DNA of 64,000 nucleotides from an uncultured Planctomycetia bacterium (GTDB lineage Bacteria; Omnitrophota; Gorgyraeia; 2-02-FULL-51-18): NCBI GenBank assembly GCA_964642015.1, contig CAZXLF010000004.1, positions 20,738 to 84,737 of the forward strand, read 5' to 3'. Shown piece by piece: positions 60,124 to 64,000 of this stretch (position 1 is its first letter; each line of letters starts with the position of its first letter). The notes under the pieces were generated by a model. It saw only the letters and a program-made list of their open reading frames with translations, ran no database searches and was not told where the DNA came from. The position numbers and the translations under genes were made by a program.

Positions 60124-60267
60124 AAATCCCCCTGGAAAATCAGTTTAAAATTAGTATTGAAATACGACTAGAAAGATTAGTTAAAGTATGCCCTACAAGA
60201 CCAGCCAGGACAATAACTAGGAAGGAATTTTTTAATTATATAGTTTAATCAAAATTAACTAATTTTA

Positions 60268-61212
60268 TCAAAAAATTTCGATCGATTTTTTGACGACTTC
60301 GTCGACGATTTTCTGATTGATGGGGGTGGGAACTCCGAGTTCTTTACCAAAACGGCATATCGCTCCGTTAAGAGCATGAATATCGATCCGCTTGCCTCGT
60401 TTAAGATCCTGCATCATTGAAGGAAAATGCGTTGCGGTTTTCGGGATCAGCATATTGGTCAACAGGTCGATATAAGCATCCGCTGAAAATGGCTCCATCT
60501 TAATCCCTTTTTTTTCAGCCACCGCGTAGCATTCTTTTATGATCTGCTGCATGTCGCGTTTCGTTGTTTCGCTTTCCAGGATCTTTCCGTAAGGGATCTC
60601 CTGAAGCGTGCAGATCCCGTTCAAAGCGCAATTGTATACGACCTTGGCCCAAATATAAGTCAAAATATTCGGTACGGCTTTTGCTTCGATCTTGGAAAGG
60701 TTAAAAAGATGCGCCAATTTTTCAGCGCTGAAATTCGGTGTGACGCCCGGCAATGCGCCGATCGCCGTCGCGTCCGCCGCGACAGTGACCTTGGCGATTC
60801 CCGGTTTGGTCTCAACGCCGAAGATCACGCGGCCAACCAGAAATTGTGCGGGATCGATTTTTTTTAAGACTGTTTCGATATTCCCAAGACCATTTTGAAA
60901 AGACGCGAGCGTGGTGTTTTCGCTCATCAAGGAAGATAATTGAGCAACTGCGGTTTCGGTATCGTAGGATTTTACGGTCAAAAAAATAAGATCAAATGGG
61001 GCATTTTTCTTCTGGATCTCCGCGGCATTTTCGTAAAGCTCAAACGCCTTGATATGGTAATCTCCCCAGATCCCGGTGATCCGGAGCCCCTCTTTCCGGA
61101 TCGCATCTAAATGCCAGCGGCGTCCCAAGAGAGATACCTCGTGGCCCATGCGCGCAAAAAACCCGCCAAAGACACTACCAATACCGCCGGCTCCGAAGAT
61201 CAGGATTTTCAT
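60268..61212 (-). CDS. panE: 2-dehydropantoate 2-reductase (ketopantoate reductase, PanE/ApbA family)
   Basis: 314 aa. N-terminal Rossmann motif ILIFGAGGIGSVFGGFFA. ApbA/PanE-like throughout. Confidence 0.7.
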   Translation of the reverse strand: MKILIFGAGGIGSVFGGFFARMGHEVSLLGRRWHLDAIRKEGLRITGIWGDYHIKAFELYENAAEIQKKNAPFDLIFLTVKSYDTETAVAQLSSLMSENTTLASFQNGLGNIETVLKKIDPAQFLVGRVIFGVETKPGIAKVTVAADATAIGALPGVTPNFSAEKLAHLFNLSKIEAKAVPNILTYIWAKVVYNCALNGICTLQEIPYGKILESETTKRDMQQIIKECYAVAEKKGIKMEPFSADAYIDLLTNMLIPKTATHFPSMMQDLKRGKRIDIHALNGAICRFGKELGVPTPINQKIVDEVVKKSIEIF

Positions 61213-61390
61213 AATTCAAAAAGTATAACACAGAAGCGCTCTAAAATTCTTGAATACTGCGGCTATTTCAGGTAGTATAAAGCCCTTCGGACGGTCCTGC
61301 AGTATTCGTTCCCGATATTATTTACGTTAAAATTTTTTAAAAGTTACGACAAGTTTTGGCAAAGCAGCAAAAATTTTCAAGGAGAAATAG

Positions 61391-63154
61391 ATGATCAAAA
61401 ATAATATGACTATCAAGATCGGCGGCGAAGCAGGCATGGGCGTCGAGTCCGGAGGTGCCGGACTTGTTAAGGCTTTGACGCGCGGAGGCCTTCAAATATT
61501 CGCGCTTCAGGATTATATGTCCCGCATCCGCGGAGGCCACAATTTTTTCCAAATCCGCGTCAGCACGCAGGAGCTTTACGGATTTACGGATGAAATTCAC
61601 CTCTTGATCGCCTTCACTAAGGACTGCATTGAAAGGCATAAACACGAGGTCGCCAAAGGCGGAGCGATCATTTACGACGAAGCGCTGGGATATGACGAGG
61701 CGCTGATCGCGGAACACGGCGTCACTGCATGCCCCATCCCTCTCTCCAAACTCGCTACTGAAGTCGGCGGCCACCGCATCATGTCCAACACTTGCGCGCT
61801 CGGCGCGACGGCCGGTATCACCGGTTACGATTTCGAACGCATCAAGGATATCATCGAGACAAATTTTAGAAAAAAAGGTGACGATGTCATCGCGAAGAAC
61901 CTGGCCGTCGCTAAAGCCGGTTACGATGCCGCTCATAATCTTCATTCTGAAAATTTTGATTATAAGCTTGAGACCGTTGATACCAATCCGGCCAAACGGC
62001 GTATGGTACTTCATGGCAATCAAGCGATCGGCCTGGGAGCCATCGCCGGCGGTTGCAAGTTCATCTCCGCGTATCCAATGACACCGGCAACCTCCATATT
62101 CGAATATATCACCTCTAAAGCGAATAAATACGGCATTGTTTCCAAACAGACCGAAGACGAACTCGCAGCGATCCTCTTTGCAATAGGCGCCAACCATTCC
62201 GGCGTACGCGGGATGACATGTACCTCCGGCGGCGGTTTTGATCTGATGGTTGAAGCGCTTGGATTAGCCAGTATCACTGAGACGCCCTTGGTCGTCGCGG
62301 AAGTTCAGCGCGGAGGCCCTTCCACAGGTCTTCCGACACGCACCGAACAACCTGATCTTGAGTCGGTGATCTTTGCCTCTCATGGCGAAACACCGCGCAT
62401 CGTGATCGCGCCAAGCACCATTGAGGAATGCTTTGAGGCGGGCTGGAGAGCGTTCAATCTTGCAGAAAAATACCAGTGCCCTGTGATCATATTAAGCGAT
62501 CTTTTCCTGTCCTCCCAACTGCGTTCCATCGACAAGAGCCGCTTCGATATCGCCAATACTCCTGTAGATCGCGGAGCGCTCCTGACCAATAAACAGCTCG
62601 ACGGCATTACCAATTACAAGCGTCATGCATTCACTGAAAACGGTATCTCTCCCCGCGCGATCCCGGGCCACCGCAACGGCGTATACGTAACCACAAGCGA
62701 TGAACACACCGAAGACGGTTACGCAGTCGAAGAAGCTGATCCCAGAAATAAGATGATGGAAAAAAGAATGCGTAAATATGATCTGGCTCTTCAAGAAATG
62801 AAAGCGCCGGAACTTTACGGCGATAAGGATGCGGAGATCACATTTGTATGCTGGGGATCACCCTACGGCGCTGTGCGTGAGGCGGTAGATACCTTAAGAA
62901 AGAATAAAACCAAGGCCAATCTTCTGAAATTTACGGATCTTTGGCCATTCCCCGCAGACAAAGCAAGGCCGTTCTTAGAAAAAGCCAAATATCTTATCGC
63001 GGTAGAAAATAATTTCACAGGTCAGCTGGCCAATTTGATCCGCCGCTGCACCGGCATCGAGGTCGATTCCAAGATCCTCAAATACAGCGGTAGACCGTTT
63101 TCGGCAACAGAAATTTTAGCAAAATTGAAAAAGGAGGCGGAAGTTCATGTCTGA
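61391..63154 (+). CDS. korA: 2-oxoacid:ferredoxin oxidoreductase, alpha subunit (KorA/OorA-like)
   Basis: 587 aa. The pyruvate/2-oxoglutarate:ferredoxin oxidoreductase alpha architecture is visible. RBS AAGGAG lies 6 nt upstream of the ATG. Confidence 0.8.
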   Translation: MIKNNMTIKIGGEAGMGVESGGAGLVKALTRGGLQIFALQDYMSRIRGGHNFFQIRVSTQELYGFTDEIHLLIAFTKDCIERHKHEVAKGGAIIYDEALGYDEALIAEHGVTACPIPLSKLATEVGGHRIMSNTCALGATAGITGYDFERIKDIIETNFRKKGDDVIAKNLAVAKAGYDAAHNLHSENFDYKLETVDTNPAKRRMVLHGNQAIGLGAIAGGCKFISAYPMTPATSIFEYITSKANKYGIVSKQTEDELAAILFAIGANHSGVRGMTCTSGGGFDLMVEALGLASITETPLVVAEVQRGGPSTGLPTRTEQPDLESVIFASHGETPRIVIAPSTIEECFEAGWRAFNLAEKYQCPVIILSDLFLSSQLRSIDKSRFDIANTPVDRGALLTNKQLDGITNYKRHAFTENGISPRAIPGHRNGVYVTTSDEHTEDGYAVEEADPRNKMMEKRMRKYDLALQEMKAPELYGDKDAEITFVCWGSPYGAVREAVDTLRKNKTKANLLKFTDLWPFPADKARPFLEKAKYLIAVENNFTGQLANLIRRCTGIEVDSKILKYSGRPFSATEILAKLKKEAEVHV

Positions 63155-64000
63155 TACAGCCACGACAGCAAAAGTGACTTATAAATTAGATGATTATCAA
63201 AGTCCGGAATATTCTACCTGGTGTCCCGGTTGCGGTGACTTCCCTATTCTAAAATGCCTAAAGGAATCTCTGATGCAGCAGGAAATAGGGCCGCATCAAG
63301 TGATGATCGTTTCAGGCATAGGCTGCGGATCTAAACTTCCTTATTATATCCGCGCTAACGGGTACAATTCACTACACGGGCGTTCACTTCCGATCGCACA
63401 AGCGATCAAACTCGGCAACCATGCATTGAAGGTAGTCGCAGTCACCGGAGACGGTGACGGGCTAGGTATTGGCGGGAATCATTTCATTCACGCGATGAGA
63501 AGAAACCCTGATATCACGCATATTATTGAAAATAATCAGATCTATGGGCTCACCAAAGGCCAAGCCTCCCCTACAAGCGACAAAGGTTTCATAACCACCA
63601 CTTCGCCCGATGGATGCATCGAGTCGGCGATCAACCCCATCGCGTTAGGGATCACATGCGGCGCGACATTTATCGCCAGGACCTCTTCCGGCGACCCGAA
63701 ACATTTAACAGAGACCATTACCCGCGCCATGAAGCACAAGGGTTATTCTTTGATAGATGTACTTCAGCCTTGCGTCACCTTTAATAAGGTCAATACCTAT
63801 CAGTGGTACAAGCAGAGAATTTATAATGTTGAAACTCAGCCGGATTATAAACCGAAGGATCGTCAATGGGCCTTCTCCAAAGCGCTCGAGTGGGGCGATA
63901 AGATCCCGGTAGGCGTGATCTATCAGGACACAACATTGCCGACTTACGAAGATCAAGTGCCGGTCCTTAAAGAACTGCCGCTGGTTCAGCAAGAATTTAA
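63147..64000 (+). CDS. korB: 2-oxoacid:ferredoxin oxidoreductase, beta subunit (TPP-binding, KorB-like). It is 3'-truncated by the window end.
   Basis: Contains CPGCGDF…GIGC and the TPP motif GDGDGLGIGGNHFIHAMRRN. RBS AAGGAGG is present. There is an ATGTCTGA overlap with the korA stop. Confidence 0.8.
   Translation, partial: MSDTATTAKVTYKLDDYQSPEYSTWCPGCGDFPILKCLKESLMQQEIGPHQVMIVSGIGCGSKLPYYIRANGYNSLHGRSLPIAQAIKLGNHALKVVAVTGDGDGLGIGGNHFIHAMRRNPDITHIIENNQIYGLTKGQASPTSDKGFITTTSPDGCIESAINPIALGITCGATFIARTSSGDPKHLTETITRAMKHKGYSLIDVLQPCVTFNKVNTYQWYKQRIYNVETQPDYKPKDRQWAFSKALEWGDKIPVGVIYQDTTLPTYEDQVPVLKELPLVQQEF

Noticed and set aside
26413-60123. GARLA occurrences as a DNA-level repeat family or mobile-element remnant
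   Set aside because: The ~15-nt motif-encoding segments use different codons for G, A, R and L in nearly every instance, and the flanking DNA is unrelated. The conservation is therefore at the peptide level only.
26413-60123. Giant ORF as a chimeric or concatenated assembly artefact of several genes
   Set aside because: A frame with no stop codons over 33.7 kb at about 45% GC is not expected from random joining. The GARL junction motif recurs uniformly from the 58.4-kb to the 27.4-kb end. This still requires read-level verification, and it is listed as a check.
61337-62197. 286-aa minus-strand ORF overlapping korA
   Set aside because: It is antisense to a well-supported korA coding frame. 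The product is Asp/Gly/Arg-rich, as is typical of the reverse complement of a GC-richer gene.
1-64000. CRISPR arrays, IS elements, integrases and phage genes
   Set aside because: I scanned for short direct-repeat/spacer periodicity and for transposase or integrase motifs (DDE, tyrosine recombinase R-H-R-Y) and found none. The window looks like a core chromosome.

Overview
Almost everything in this window is on the minus strand. The dominant feature is a single uninterrupted 33,711-nt ORF (26413..60123, minus strand, TTG start) encoding an 11,236-aa protein. Reading it directly, the product is a mosaic of recognizable enzyme modules. It has an N-terminal membrane anchor and a second, internal transmembrane helix about 1,865 aa in, with a possible TraB/Tiki-like domain between them. 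After the internal helix come a SecA-like DEAD motor ATPase, a Glu/Leu/Phe/Val-dehydrogenase-like domain, three divergent protein-kinase-like domains (APH/Kdo-kinase type), an alpha/beta-hydrolase and a GNAT acetyltransferase. Further on are two blocks of tandem helix-turn-helix-like repeats, a Pol-beta-type nucleotidyltransferase, and near the C-terminus a full AceK-like (isocitrate dehydrogenase kinase/phosphatase) unit plus an extra AceK-type kinase-domain copy. The pentapeptide G-A-R-L-[A/S/T] recurs about 30 times at the junctions between these modules. The codons differ between instances, so selection is on the peptide rather than on a DNA repeat. This looks like a processing site or a junction signature of a giant multi-enzyme polyprotein. 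The flanking genes are ordinary chromosomal content: tRNA-Pro with a canonical promoter, split transketolase, an MBL-fold hydrolase, dCMP deaminase, an ElaB-like protein, a cluster of small secreted proteins, glpK, a cobO-NUDIX-cbiX trio, a complete Bat aerotolerance operon (moxR, DUF58, hypothetical, batA-E), a LemA-TPM-TPM cluster, a thioesterase, a DUF454-PgeF fusion, VanX-like dipeptidase, ilvD, panE and korAB. I found no mobile elements or CRISPR array. All domain calls rest on reading motifs by eye and should be confirmed with profile searches.
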